This document shows positions 35,641 to 45,682 of a stretch of 64,000 nucleotides of DNA, in pieces (position 1 is the stretch's first letter; the number at the start of each line of letters is the position of its first letter). Where the stretch lies: assembly GCA_965207885.1 (NCBI GenBank), contig OZ242311.1, forward strand, positions 3,136,001 through 3,200,000, written 5' to 3'. Origin of the DNA: Candidatus Latescibacterota bacterium (GTDB taxonomy: Bacteria; Latescibacterota; UBA2968). The position numbers and the translations under genes were made by a program. The notes under the pieces were generated by a model. The model made no database searches and was not told the DNA's origin. It was given only the letters and a program-made list of their open reading frames with translations.

Positions 35641-38370
35641 ATGAAATCTAAGACTCATTTTAAGGGTCTCGCCCTTGGCATTGCTGCCCTGCTTGCAATG
35701 AGTGGCACTGCCATATCACAGGAAGAGGAAAAGCCGCGTACCGAAAGCGCGGACACAACAGCTACCTTACCCCCACTCACTGACATACTCGAAGAAGTGG
35801 TGATCCTCGAAGAATTGGTGGTTATCGGTTCACGCGCACAACCGCGTTCTGTAGCGGAATCCGCAGTGCCCATCGATGTTGTTACCGGTGAAGATTTCGT
35901 CAAGCAAGGCGATACGGATGTACAAAATCTCCTGAGAGATATGGTGCCATCCTACAACGTGAATACAAACCCGATTAGCGATGCCTCCACCGTCGTGCGG
36001 CCGCCCAGCATGCGAGGCCTGGCTCCCGACCACACGCTGGTCCTCATCAATGGCAAACGCCGCCATCGCGCCGCTGTCATTCACTGGATAACCAATGGTG
36101 TTGCCGACGGCGCCCAGGGGCCAGACATAGCCCCCATCCCCTCTATTGCCATCAAGCGCGTGGAAGTCCTGCGCGATGGCGCGTCTGCGCAGTACGGCTC
36201 TGACGCCATTGCCGGCGTGTTGAATTTTGAGCTTAAAGACAATTACAAAGGCGGTTCTTTTGAGGTCAAGCCAGGTATTTTTCAGCAAGGCGATGGTTTC
36301 GCCTATGCTTTTGCCGGCAATATCGGTCTGGGTACCCCAGATGCCTGGGTCAACTTCAGCGCGGAATATGGCAACGAGGATGAAACCGACCGTTCCGTAC
36401 AACGCGACGATGCCGCGCGTTTGATACGCGTGGGCAATAACCGTGTGGAAAATCCCGCACAAATTTGGGGACAACCCTACATCAGAGACGACCTGAAATT
36501 CTTTGTCAACTACGGCATAAACATCAACGACAATGTCAAATTATACGGCCATGGGAATTACGCCAGCAAAGAAGTCGAAGGCGGCTTCTACTTCCGAAAT
36601 CCCAATACGCGAGGTGGCGTATTCAGGGGGCCTGTAGTGATGTCCGACGGCACCACTTATTATGATCCGGGCAAAGCTGCTGAACTCGGTATTGTCGATG
36701 GCGTAAACGGGCATCTGGTAGCAACATTGCTCACCGGCAATCTGAGACAGGTTCTCGAACCGTCCGAAGATACTGGTCTTAGAATTCCCCAGGAGTTCAT
36801 CGTGGCCATTAGCTGCAGTGAGCCGGATGCCGCAGCCTTACAACGCGTTTTTGACGACCCCGATTGGTTCACCTTCCAGGAATTTTTCCCCGGTGGCTTC
36901 ACACCCCGATTTGGCGCGTTTATGGACGACCGCGCCTTTCTGGCGGGTATTAGGGGATCGCAAGGGCTGATGACATGGGATCTCAGCGCGTCTTATGGGC
37001 GCAACGAAGCCGATTACTTCATCTTCAACACCGTGAATTCCTCCTTGGGTCCCAACCAACCCTGGCCCAATGGACCACAAGTTGATCCAAGTCACGAAGA
37101 TGCACCGTACTTTGATCCGGGAACCTATATCCAGACCGATACCAACTTCAACTTCGATATCACCTATCCGTTTAGCGAGCAATTTTTCTTTGCCGCCGGT
37201 CTTGAATACCGCACGGAAAATTTTGAAATCGTACAGGGGCAACGAGAATCCTGGGTTAAAGGTCCGCTGGCAGAATACGGATTTACGGTTGCGTCCAACG
37301 GGTTCTCGGGCTTTGGCGAAATTGCCGCAGGCACCTGGAGCCGCTCCAACTGGGCGGTTTATGGTGACGCCGAATTTACCCCGCAGGAAGACTGGTTGCT
37401 CGGCGCGGCATTGCGCTTTGAAAATTTTGATGATTTTGGATCCACGACCAACTTCAAGCTGGCGACCAATTACGGGCTTAACGAGAATACAAAAGTGCGC
37501 GGCAGTTTTAGCACGGGCTTTAGAGCACCCACGCCGGGGCAACAAAATGCCTTTAACGTATCCACGATCTTCGATCCCACAATCGGTGATTTGACAAATG
37601 ACGGCACAATTCCGTCAAACAATCCCGTTGCAGAATCCAAGGGTGGTGGACCGCTCGATTCCGAAAAATCGACCAATATCTCGGCTGGTATTGTTTTTGA
37701 AATTCCCGTTTTTCCCGTGGATACCGGTATTCCCCCTGTCAATATTACGGTGGACTATTTCCACATTTTGGTGAAGGGACGCTTGACGCTCTCACAAAAT
37801 TTCTCCCTGACCCCAGCAGAAGTCGATGAACTGCTCAAGGCGGGTATCACGGCTGCGAATTTTATTACAAATTTCAAATTTTTCGTCAATGACTTTGACA
37901 CCAAAACCCAGGGTATTGACGTCGTGCTCACGGCTCCGGTGTGGTGTGATGGCCTGCTGAGTCTGGCGTATAACTTGACGAATACCGAAGTGACCAAACA
38001 CAATCTGGAGACCCTCGGCGCTCAAAGGATTCGAGAATTGCAAGAGGGTCTTCCCAAACACCGCGGGAATCTGACGGTAGTCAAACCGTTGAACGATATG
38101 CTTGAGGTACTGGGACGCCTCCGGTATTACAGTTCGTGGTACGATCAAGAAGATGACTTCGTTTATGGTGACGAATGGGTACTGGACGCCGAAGTTAGTT
38201 ATACCATTGCTGACCACTCAACAGTAACCGTTGGCGGTCAGAACATTCTCGATATCTATCCCGATATCAATCCCAGTGCAACGAGCGGTTCGGGGCATTT
38301 ATACAGCCAGTACAGCCCATTTGGTTTTAGCGGCGCATTCTGGTACGCCAAATACCACTTCGGCTTTTAG
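35641..38370 (+). CDS. TonB-dependent receptor
   Basis: AAAGGAG RBS; signal peptide; TonB box EELVVIG; plug (PIDVVTG, LVLINGKRRH, IKRVEVLRDGASAQYGSDAIAGVLN); barrel with RFE, STGFRAPT; terminal aromatic F. Confidence 0.95.
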   Translation: MKSKTHFKGLALGIAALLAMSGTAISQEEEKPRTESADTTATLPPLTDILEEVVILEELVVIGSRAQPRSVAESAVPIDVVTGEDFVKQGDTDVQNLLRDMVPSYNVNTNPISDASTVVRPPSMRGLAPDHTLVLINGKRRHRAAVIHWITNGVADGAQGPDIAPIPSIAIKRVEVLRDGASAQYGSDAIAGVLNFELKDNYKGGSFEVKPGIFQQGDGFAYAFAGNIGLGTPDAWVNFSAEYGNEDETDRSVQRDDAARLIRVGNNRVENPAQIWGQPYIRDDLKFFVNYGININDNVKLYGHGNYASKEVEGGFYFRNPNTRGGVFRGPVVMSDGTTYYDPGKAAELGIVDGVNGHLVATLLTGNLRQVLEPSEDTGLRIPQEFIVAISCSEPDAAALQRVFDDPDWFTFQEFFPGGFTPRFGAFMDDRAFLAGIRGSQGLMTWDLSASYGRNEADYFIFNTVNSSLGPNQPWPNGPQVDPSHEDAPYFDPGTYIQTDTNFNFDITYPFSEQFFFAAGLEYRTENFEIVQGQRESWVKGPLAEYGFTVASNGFSGFGEIAAGTWSRSNWAVYGDAEFTPQEDWLLGAALRFENFDDFGSTTNFKLATNYGLNENTKVRGSFSTGFRAPTPGQQNAFNVSTIFDPTIGDLTNDGTIPSNNPVAESKGGGPLDSEKSTNISAGIVFEIPVFPVDTGIPPVNITVDYFHILVKGRLTLSQNFSLTPAEVDELLKAGITAANFITNFKFFVNDFDTKTQGIDVVLTAPVWCDGLLSLAYNLTNTEVTKHNLETLGAQRIRELQEGLPKHRGNLTVVKPLNDMLEVLGRLRYYSSWYDQEDDFVYGDEWVLDAEVSYTIADHSTVTVGGQNILDIYPDINPSATSGSGHLYSQYSPFGFSGAFWYAKYHFGF

Positions 38371-38402
38371 GTCGTAGTTCAAAGGATTGTTCATCCAATA
38401 GC

Positions 38403-38436
38403 AAAGAAGCCGCGTTTTTTTCGCGGCTTCTTTTTT
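38403..38436 (+). terminator. Intrinsic terminator
   Basis: AAAGAAGCCGCG-loop-CGCGGCTTCTTT followed by a T tract. Confidence 0.85.
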
Positions 38437-38731
38437 GTAATAATTATCAATGCGAATAATATTTAACGAGGTGTATATATCGTCTCAATATTATCTTTGA
38501 AGGCGATATATAGCCTAAAAATCTGTAAATTAAATAAAATATAGACGGCATGTCGGCCGAAAATTATCCCATATACTATTGATAAATGAGATATGAATCA
38601 GGTTAAATTTAGTTTGGCTTTTTTTTTGTGTTTTATATTTTCAATTAAACAAGAATTCGATTGGCTGCCACACGCGTCTTTCAACAACCGCATCTCTCCC
38701 CCGTGTTCTCATAACACAAAGGAGTTTTTTT

Positions 38732-39315
38732 ATGCAATATAAATTCCATTTCAAGTCTCTCGCCCTTGGCCTCGTTGCCCTGCTTGTGATGAGTGGTGCT
38801 GTCGTATCACAAGAAACACCGCGTACCGAAAGCGCGGATACAACTGCCTTACCCCCACTCACAGACATACTCGAAGAAGTGGTCGTGCTCGAAGAATTAG
38901 TGGTCATAGGCACCCGCGCACAACCGCGTTCTGTCACCGAATCCGCCGTGCCCATCGATGTGGTTACCGGCGAAGATTTCGTCAAGCAAGGCGGTAGCGA
39001 TGTACAGGACCTTCTGAGAAATGTCGTACCCTCTTATAACGTCAATCTCCAGCCGATCAGCGATGCGGCAACCGTCGTGCGACCGCCCAATCTGCGAGGG
39101 CTGGCACCCGACCACGCGCTGGTACTCGTCAACGGCAAGCGACGCCACCGCGCATCTGTAATTTACTGGCTGGGCAATGGTCTCTCCAATGCCGCACAGG
39201 GGCCAGACATATCCGCCATACCGAGTATTGCCCTCAAGCGCTCGGCGAGTACAGCCCTTACGGCTTTGGCGGCACATTCCTGTACGCAAAAGCCAGTTAC
39301 AATTTCAACTTTTAA
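38732..39315 (+). pseudogene. TonB-dependent receptor paralog with a large internal deletion
   Basis: The N-terminal ~170 codons closely match the upstream receptor up to IPSIALKR. From 39241, another frame reads LGEYSPYGFGGTFLYAKASYNFNF*, matching the paralog's final YSQYSPFGFSGAFWYAKYHFGF*. Confidence 0.88.
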
Positions 39316-39335
39316 GTGTTGTGAGCCGTTAGATA

Positions 39336-39372
39336 GAAGCCGAGTTTTTTGAAAAACTCGGCTTCTTTTTTT
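39336..39372. terminator. Intrinsic terminator after the receptor remnant
   Basis: GAAGCCGAGTTTTT-TG-AAAAACTCGGCTTC followed by a T tract. Confidence 0.85.
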
Positions 39373-40330
39373 AAAACAAAGAACTTTGAAGATCAGCAGT
39401 CTGCCTTTCGCGACAGAGCTGGGCGATCTGAGCGCCTATAATAAAAATAATTGCCGAGAAGTATATCCACAAGGCCACGACCACCAGCAGAACATAAGCC
39501 CCGTACAGATACGATATAGAACCGAAGTGACTCAGGTAATAGCCAAAGCCCCATTCGGTGAATTTCCACAACAGAGCAGCCCAAAAAGCACCTGTAGCCA
39601 GCATCTTTATCTGGATCTTTTGGTATGGAAGCAGCCAGTATAACCCCAGAAAGACGGCAAAAATCAGGGCGAGGGAGGTAAGACCGTAGAAGTAGGTGAT
39701 ATATGTGTGCAGCAGAGATGGGGCAGTGTCGATGACGGTAGATAGGATGGGCAAAGCGAGGACTAATAGAAGAAAAATATATATTACCAGAAGTACCATA
39801 GTGAGATCTTTCAATTTGCCCACTGCTATTGGCAAAATCCCTTGCAAGAATTTTATCCAGCGTCCTGGGGTATTTATATTTTTTATCCGGTCCATCGCGA
39901 CCAACTCTGTCTCATCCCCATTCGGTCCTAAATTGTGTTCGATCTTGAAGACCGCATTGAGCAGGGTTCGCATGCTGCTGAACAGACTACTGGCACTCAC
40001 TATCAAAATCAGCAAACCCGAAATCCCATAAGCCTGTTTGAAGGTCATGACACCTGAGACGCGCAAGGATAAAACCTCCTTCAGATACTCGGCCTCTTCT
40101 GGATATGGAATGAGCACATCCACCGTTTGATTGACCAGGTGAGCTATCGCCCTCACGTCCAGAATGGCCTCAAGTGCGAAGAAGATCAGAAAGACCAGAG
40201 GTACAAGGCACAAAAGAGTGGCAAAAGCCAGGCCGCCACAGAGCAGAAAGAGATTGTTATCGCTCATCCTGACAAACAGACCGCCCAGATAGTAGGCACA
40301 AAAGCCTTTTTTTGTTATTTGTTTGCCCAT
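39371..40330 (-). CDS. YihY/virulence factor BrkB family membrane protein
   Basis: GLAFATLLCLVP, LYWLLP, GAFWAALLW, FGYYL, YLYGAY...LWIYFSAIIFIIGAQ. Confidence 0.88.
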   Translation of the reverse strand: MGKQITKKGFCAYYLGGLFVRMSDNNLFLLCGGLAFATLLCLVPLVFLIFFALEAILDVRAIAHLVNQTVDVLIPYPEEAEYLKEVLSLRVSGVMTFKQAYGISGLLILIVSASSLFSSMRTLLNAVFKIEHNLGPNGDETELVAMDRIKNINTPGRWIKFLQGILPIAVGKLKDLTMVLLVIYIFLLLVLALPILSTVIDTAPSLLHTYITYFYGLTSLALIFAVFLGLYWLLPYQKIQIKMLATGAFWAALLWKFTEWGFGYYLSHFGSISYLYGAYVLLVVVALWIYFSAIIFIIGAQIAQLCRERQTADLQSSLF

Positions 40331-40493
40331 AGATATCAGTGGTTAATGATATAGATGAACGTCTGCATTATATGATAAAGTTGTGCAAAATATATACCCT
40401 GTATTGCCCCTCTCCAACCCCAAACTCAGATATTGCGCTTGCTATTGCGCGTTAAGATATGAATATTGAAGAAATCAGAGTTGGGGTTCTACC

Positions 40494-41216
40494 ATGATCC
40501 AAGTCACAGACGTCACAAAATGGTACGGTTCAATCAGAGCCGTTGAAAACATCAGCTTTTCGCTCGCGCCTGGCGAAATTGTTGGGTTTGTCGGTCCCAA
40601 TGGTGCGGGCAAAAGCACGGTGCTAAAAATGCTGGCGACCTATATTTTGCCTTCCTCGGGACAAATCACAATTGATGGCCTCGACGTGGTTTCACATTCC
40701 TTGTCCATACGCCGCAAAATCGGCTATCTCTCTGGCGACACACCGCTCTATCAGGCAATGCGCATGGATAAATTTTTGAGATTTTGCGGCAAAGCGCGCG
40801 GCCTCTCAGGCGATGTTCTCGAAAAAAACTTCGCCTGGATTGTCGATATATGCGGTCTCTCTCCTCATCTATACAAACGCATCGACCAGTGTTCCACGGG
40901 ATTTCGCCAGCGCATCGGTGTAGGGGCTGCTCTCATCCATGATCCGCCTATTCTCCTGCTCGATGAGCCTACGCACGGTTTTGATCCTCTGCAAGTTCTG
41001 GCATTCCGGGACTTGATCCAATCCCTCAGCAAAAATCGGATTATCTTATTCAGCAGCCATATTATACATGAAGTCTCTATCCTATCTGATCGCGTGCTAA
41101 TAATACATCAGGGCAATTTGTTGGCTGATGGCCGCATAGATGATCTGGCGCAACAAACGGCGCAGCCCAGGGATCTTGAAGCCATTTTTACCCATCTTAT
41201 ACATCAGCAAAATTAA
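40494..41216 (+). CDS. ABC transporter ATP-binding protein (GldA-like)
   Basis: GPNGAGKST, CSTGFRQRIG, LIHDPPILLLDEPTHGFDP, SSHI. Confidence 0.9.
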   Translation: MIQVTDVTKWYGSIRAVENISFSLAPGEIVGFVGPNGAGKSTVLKMLATYILPSSGQITIDGLDVVSHSLSIRRKIGYLSGDTPLYQAMRMDKFLRFCGKARGLSGDVLEKNFAWIVDICGLSPHLYKRIDQCSTGFRQRIGVGAALIHDPPILLLDEPTHGFDPLQVLAFRDLIQSLSKNRIILFSSHIIHEVSILSDRVLIIHQGNLLADGRIDDLAQQTAQPRDLEAIFTHLIHQQN

Positions 41217-41229
41217 GGAGAAATCGCGC

Positions 41230-41991
41230 ATGCCCGATCGCTTGCGCTCAAAGGCCTTTGCACGGGGTATTGGCGTGATCTTTACCCGCGAAATTAATGC
41301 CTATTTTGACACGCCAATCGCCTATATCTATGCCTCGGTTTTCCTCATTCTGTCCTGCTCGACATTTATGAACGCCTTTTTTCTCAATGGCGTACTCGAA
41401 ATGGCACCTTATTTTGACCTGCTTCCCTTTTTTCTCATACCATTTATCCCTGCCATAACCATGCGTTCATGGGCTGAAGAACGCGCGCAACACACCATTG
41501 AATTGTTGATGACCATGCCCCTGCAATCTCTCCAGATTGTACTTGGCAAATATTTATCCGCCCTTGTTTTTTACATGATCGTCCTCTCGGGTACCTTGCC
41601 TATCGTTTTTATGCTGATCGTCCTGGGGACTCCAGACCTCGGTCTGATTTTTTCATCCTATTTAGGCGCGCTCTGCCTGGGTGCATTTTTTCTATCATTT
41701 GGTCTGTTTGCATCGGGGCTTACGCGCGATCAAATTGTCGCTTATGTTGTCGCAGTGCTATTGGGTTTTGTATTTGTATTGAGCGGACACGAAAAAGTGG
41801 TTGAAATCCTCGACGGATTGGTCCCCGCATATCACATCGGCAGCCTGCTCTATGAATCGCTCTCCATTGCCCCGCACTACAGTGCCTTTACCCGCGGCAT
41901 CATTGCCCTGCCGGCAGTACTCTATTTCTCCTTGCTTAGTGTCTTTTTTTTATGGATGAACGATCTGTCTCTCAAACGAGACCGCGGATGA
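41230..41991 (+). CDS. ABC-2 permease (GldF-like)
   Basis: REINAYFDTPIAYI, PAITMRSWAEER..TIELLMTMP, VLGKYL, LTRDQIVA; AAGGAG RBS before ATG 41230. Confidence 0.9.
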   Translation: MPDRLRSKAFARGIGVIFTREINAYFDTPIAYIYASVFLILSCSTFMNAFFLNGVLEMAPYFDLLPFFLIPFIPAITMRSWAEERAQHTIELLMTMPLQSLQIVLGKYLSALVFYMIVLSGTLPIVFMLIVLGTPDLGLIFSSYLGALCLGAFFLSFGLFASGLTRDQIVAYVVAVLLGFVFVLSGHEKVVEILDGLVPAYHIGSLLYESLSIAPHYSAFTRGIIALPAVLYFSLLSVFFLWMNDLSLKRDRG

Positions 41992-41992
41992 T

Positions 41993-44900
41993 ATGGATAA
42001 TTGGATAAAAATTTCTCTGGTCTTTCTTTTTCTTATCGCCCTGGTATTTTACACAGGTCGTCTTTTGGAAAATCAGGTCACAGGACACCTGTATCTGACG
42101 GCAACGCTTTCGCCCGATTCACAAACCATTTATACCAAACTCGAAGCACCCCTTTCTCTGACGTATATCGCAAAGCATCTGAAGGGCGTAAAAACACCCG
42201 TACAAAACTTTCTCGCGCGCCTCAAGGCACTGGCTCCCGACCGCATAGATTACCGGATTGTGGATCCAGACTCTGAACCTGGACGCGCTTACGCCATTGA
42301 AAAAAAAGCCGCCCCCTTTCACCTGCGCGATATTCAACGCGACGAACACGGTGAACAAACGGTCTGGTCTTCGCTCGTCATCGCTTATGGCGATCACCCC
42401 GAAATTTTGATCCCCAGGATCACATCCTCAGACTTACCTTACCTGGAGCACCTGCTGCTCGCTCATCTCAAAGCACTCACACATCTCCCACGTCCCGTCA
42501 TCGCGATTTCTGCGCCACAACAATTTGGTCTCTTCACAAAATTTCTCGGCCAATGGGGTGATATTGCCCTCGCCGATTCCAATGCAATTCCACCGGATGC
42601 CGATATCATCTTTTGGATCGCCCCCGCAACCGCCAACTCTCGCGTCCTTCAAAATGCGATTGACAAAGGCCGCACGGTCGTACTCGCCGGTAGCCCATAT
42701 TTCATCGACTACTCGGTCAATGATACTGGAGAAGTAACATACCGCGCATATTTCAACGCGACCTGGGAAAAAATTCTGGCACCTCTGGGAATACGCCCAC
42801 AATCCGACCTTTTGATGGATCAAAGCCAGGGGCCGATCTTGTTCCGCGATAAAAAAGACGAAATTCACCAGATCAACGCACCCTTTCACCTGCGCGTTAT
42901 GCCGGGTTTTTACGACCTCAAAGGCTTTTTATCACCAGCCAGAGGCGCGCTGAATTTTGTATCGGCAGGTGCGCTGACAGTCGATTCGCGTGCGGTATCC
43001 GACTATCACCCCGATATTCTGGGCACAACCACGGATAATGCGTATATACAACCCCCTCCAACAGAGCCATTTACAAACAGCCACCTGAAGGAAGCACCCA
43101 CAATAGGCAAACAAAATGTGATGCTGCGGCTCAGACACAAGGATCCGTGGAAAGGAGAAATTCTGGTGCTCGCGACGTCCAGTCCGTTCCGCGATGGCAT
43201 ATTTAATCAACCCAACTACGCACATCGTGTCTTTCTTCAGACAATCATGCGCACATTCACCGACCACGACCGCATTGTGCGCGGTCGCGTTAAAAGACCA
43301 TCATCGCCGCCAATACCACAACTGAGCGCGACTTCGCGTGTGATCTGGCGGGTCTGTGTCGTATTCGTTGTCCCCTTGATCCTTCTAATCCTGGGCGTGT
43401 GCTTGTACTATAGCCATATGCGCGTATCTTTTGGACATCTCTCCTTACGTACATGTATTGCGATAGTGGTGCTGATTATTGCCTCCCCCCTCTGGTCCTA
43501 CCAGTGGGGCCAATTACTTGACCTCACAGCCGAAAAAATACATACCCCTTTGTCATTTTCTCGGGAGCAAATTCAAAATCAAATCCCAAAAGCCGACTTG
43601 ATCATCCCCACTCGCGCGCATCTTCCACCCGCACTAAAAAAAGTAGAAATGGAGACCGTTGCGCGACTCAACAGCCTCGGCATAAACTACACGCTTCGAC
43701 GACCAAAAGATCTGTCAACAGCTTATCTCAACCGCATTGGCCTGCGCCCATATCAGGTGAAAACCGTGCGGGATGACGTAGAAATTTCTCAATCCGTTAT
43801 CAGCGGTCTCTTGCTACACTATCCCGGCAGCGCGACAATCATCCCGCGTTTAGATGACCGAACAACAGATCACTTCGAATTTTTGCTCACAACGGCTACT
43901 CTTCGTCTATCCACGGGAAAAACGCCCCATATTGCCCTTATCTCAGAATCCCCGCGCCTCTCCCCCGCCGAGGCACATGAGTATCGCCAGAAACACCTGT
44001 CTCCCCCCAGAGGTGCCGATGTATTCAGTGAACTAAAAACGCTTTTGCGTACTTATGGATACCGCGTAAGCTATGTCAATCCGCGCACCCCCCATCTCCC
44101 GCCGCAAACCGACCTCGTAATCTGGATGCAACCGCGCCGAGATGCCAGCCCCATGATCGCCCTCTTGAGCCAGCACCTCGCTCGGGGTGGTCGCGCCATT
44201 GTCGCACTACAACACTACAATATCCAACAGCGCCAGTACTCAGGTGGAAATTTTGAAACCGTGTACTGGCCTCAGCCCCAATACCAGGACCTCAACCGCT
44301 ATCTGGAACCTCTGGGCATTCCACAGGCGCGCGAAGTGCTCATGGACCAAACCCGCTCGCGCCTCGCCCTTGAAACCCAGATTTATCGACGCGCAGTCCG
44401 CGAATACGACCCCCAGGAAGTGGCTCTACCCTTTCTCATCCGGGCTGTTCCGCCACATTTTGATACCACATTGCCCATTACACGACAACTTGGCGATCAG
44501 CTCTTTATCTGGGGCAATCGCTTTGTGCCAGACCCGCATCGGCTACAGATGTACAATCTGACGGTAACCCCTCTGATCAGCACGTCAAACCGCACCTGGG
44601 CATACCACTGGTCGGGCGGATGGTTGCCTAAAACTGCATTTTCCCCAGACTCACTTCTTTTGAGCCACCAATCTCTCGCACTACTCGTGACGGGCACATT
44701 TCCCCTGGCCGAGTTCAATGCATCATCCCCCACCCTCACGCACCCACTGCCCAATCCCAAAGGCCATCTGCTGCTAATCGGCAGTTCTGAAATGTTCAAA
44801 AATGAGTATCTCTATACGCCGGGTTTTCAACACGAACAATTCCTGCTCAACGCCGTTGCCTATCTCACACATGGCCCACAATTTGCCGATCTTCAAGCCC

Positions 44901-45037
44901 GCCGAAAAATCGCGCCGGGCTTTCCATATTTATCCCCCGACCAAAAAATCCTCTGGCGCGTTCTGGTCGTTGGCCTTGGTCCACTCTCCTTTGGTCTTTA
45001 CGTTTTTTTTCGATACATTAAAAAAAGGCCATGGTGA
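41993..45037 (+). CDS. GldG-family ABC auxiliary protein with two tandem GldG-like modules
   Basis: Two TM-bounded periplasmic modules, each with SSLVIAYGD/SGLLLHYPG, LEHLL/FEFLL, LAPLGI..DLLMD/LEPLGI..EVLMD and PFHLRV/PFLIRA, as in the single-module GldG at 45675-47183. Confidence 0.8.
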   Translation: MDNWIKISLVFLFLIALVFYTGRLLENQVTGHLYLTATLSPDSQTIYTKLEAPLSLTYIAKHLKGVKTPVQNFLARLKALAPDRIDYRIVDPDSEPGRAYAIEKKAAPFHLRDIQRDEHGEQTVWSSLVIAYGDHPEILIPRITSSDLPYLEHLLLAHLKALTHLPRPVIAISAPQQFGLFTKFLGQWGDIALADSNAIPPDADIIFWIAPATANSRVLQNAIDKGRTVVLAGSPYFIDYSVNDTGEVTYRAYFNATWEKILAPLGIRPQSDLLMDQSQGPILFRDKKDEIHQINAPFHLRVMPGFYDLKGFLSPARGALNFVSAGALTVDSRAVSDYHPDILGTTTDNAYIQPPPTEPFTNSHLKEAPTIGKQNVMLRLRHKDPWKGEILVLATSSPFRDGIFNQPNYAHRVFLQTIMRTFTDHDRIVRGRVKRPSSPPIPQLSATSRVIWRVCVVFVVPLILLILGVCLYYSHMRVSFGHLSLRTCIAIVVLIIASPLWSYQWGQLLDLTAEKIHTPLSFSREQIQNQIPKADLIIPTRAHLPPALKKVEMETVARLNSLGINYTLRRPKDLSTAYLNRIGLRPYQVKTVRDDVEISQSVISGLLLHYPGSATIIPRLDDRTTDHFEFLLTTATLRLSTGKTPHIALISESPRLSPAEAHEYRQKHLSPPRGADVFSELKTLLRTYGYRVSYVNPRTPHLPPQTDLVIWMQPRRDASPMIALLSQHLARGGRAIVALQHYNIQQRQYSGGNFETVYWPQPQYQDLNRYLEPLGIPQAREVLMDQTRSRLALETQIYRRAVREYDPQEVALPFLIRAVPPHFDTTLPITRQLGDQLFIWGNRFVPDPHRLQMYNLTVTPLISTSNRTWAYHWSGGWLPKTAFSPDSLLLSHQSLALLVTGTFPLAEFNASSPTLTHPLPNPKGHLLLIGSSEMFKNEYLYTPGFQHEQFLLNAVAYLTHGPQFADLQARRKIAPGFPYLSPDQKILWRVLVVGLGPLSFGLYVFFRYIKKRPW

Positions 45038-45057
45038 TTTAAACCATGGCCTTTTTT
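45020..45057. terminator. Bidirectional intrinsic terminator between the two convergent ABC operons
   Basis: AAAAAAGGCCATGGT-GATTTAA-ACCATGGCCTTTTTT. Confidence 0.88.
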
Positions 45058-45076
45058 ATTCTTCCACCTACCTGAT

Positions 45077-45682
45077 CTATCCTTCGTCTCCTGCTTTAGC
45101 TGAATCCACTACTGTGGGTGCGGGAGCTACATCTGAGGAATCCACCGCTGCTGGTGCAGGCTCAGGCAGTTTCTCTCCCCAGAATGTTGCATCGGTGCTG
45201 ACCTGATAGACGATGCTTCGATCCGTCAAGTACACTTCTGGACCATCTCCAATCCGCACATAATTGCGCGCCCAATCGGTACTCGACCTACCAAATACCG
45301 CGTGCGCGAGTAACTCATCTTTCGCATTATAGATCACGACATGCGTTCCCATCGCGTCATCTACGGCATACTTAGACCAGTTGTCGGACTTGTCTGTCAT
45401 TGTGGTCTCGCGACTTACCTTTAACACCTGCTCAAACAATGCCGTGATTCGCAGATCCCGAATTTTCAGAGTATCGTGTCCCACAATCGTCCACTCAAGA
45501 TCCTTCTTGTGCAGCGTCAGACTATCGCCCTTTGCCATCATTTCAATCCTGTAAATATCATCAGTATTTTCGGGAAAGACCTGGCCTGTAGGGGTCGTAT
45601 ATCCACTTTCTCGCACCTGCAAAAGCGCGTAAAGACCCAGCAGTACTGCAATCCCGATGAGAAGCCATTTTAAATTATTCAT
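45077..45682 (-). CDS. DUF4340 domain protein
   Basis: N-terminal TM; KYAVD...VFGRSS..RNYVRIGDGPEVY; typical position after GldG; low-complexity tail. Confidence 0.8.
   Translation of the reverse strand: MNNLKWLLIGIAVLLGLYALLQVRESGYTTPTGQVFPENTDDIYRIEMMAKGDSLTLHKKDLEWTIVGHDTLKIRDLRITALFEQVLKVSRETTMTDKSDNWSKYAVDDAMGTHVVIYNAKDELLAHAVFGRSSTDWARNYVRIGDGPEVYLTDRSIVYQVSTDATFWGEKLPEPAPAAVDSSDVAPAPTVVDSAKAGDEG

Noticed and set aside
39242-39352. C-terminal tail SASTALTAL...SRVF of the 206-aa ORF as a novel domain
   Set aside because: It is the out-of-frame read of the receptor's last strand after the deletion junction and runs into the terminator.
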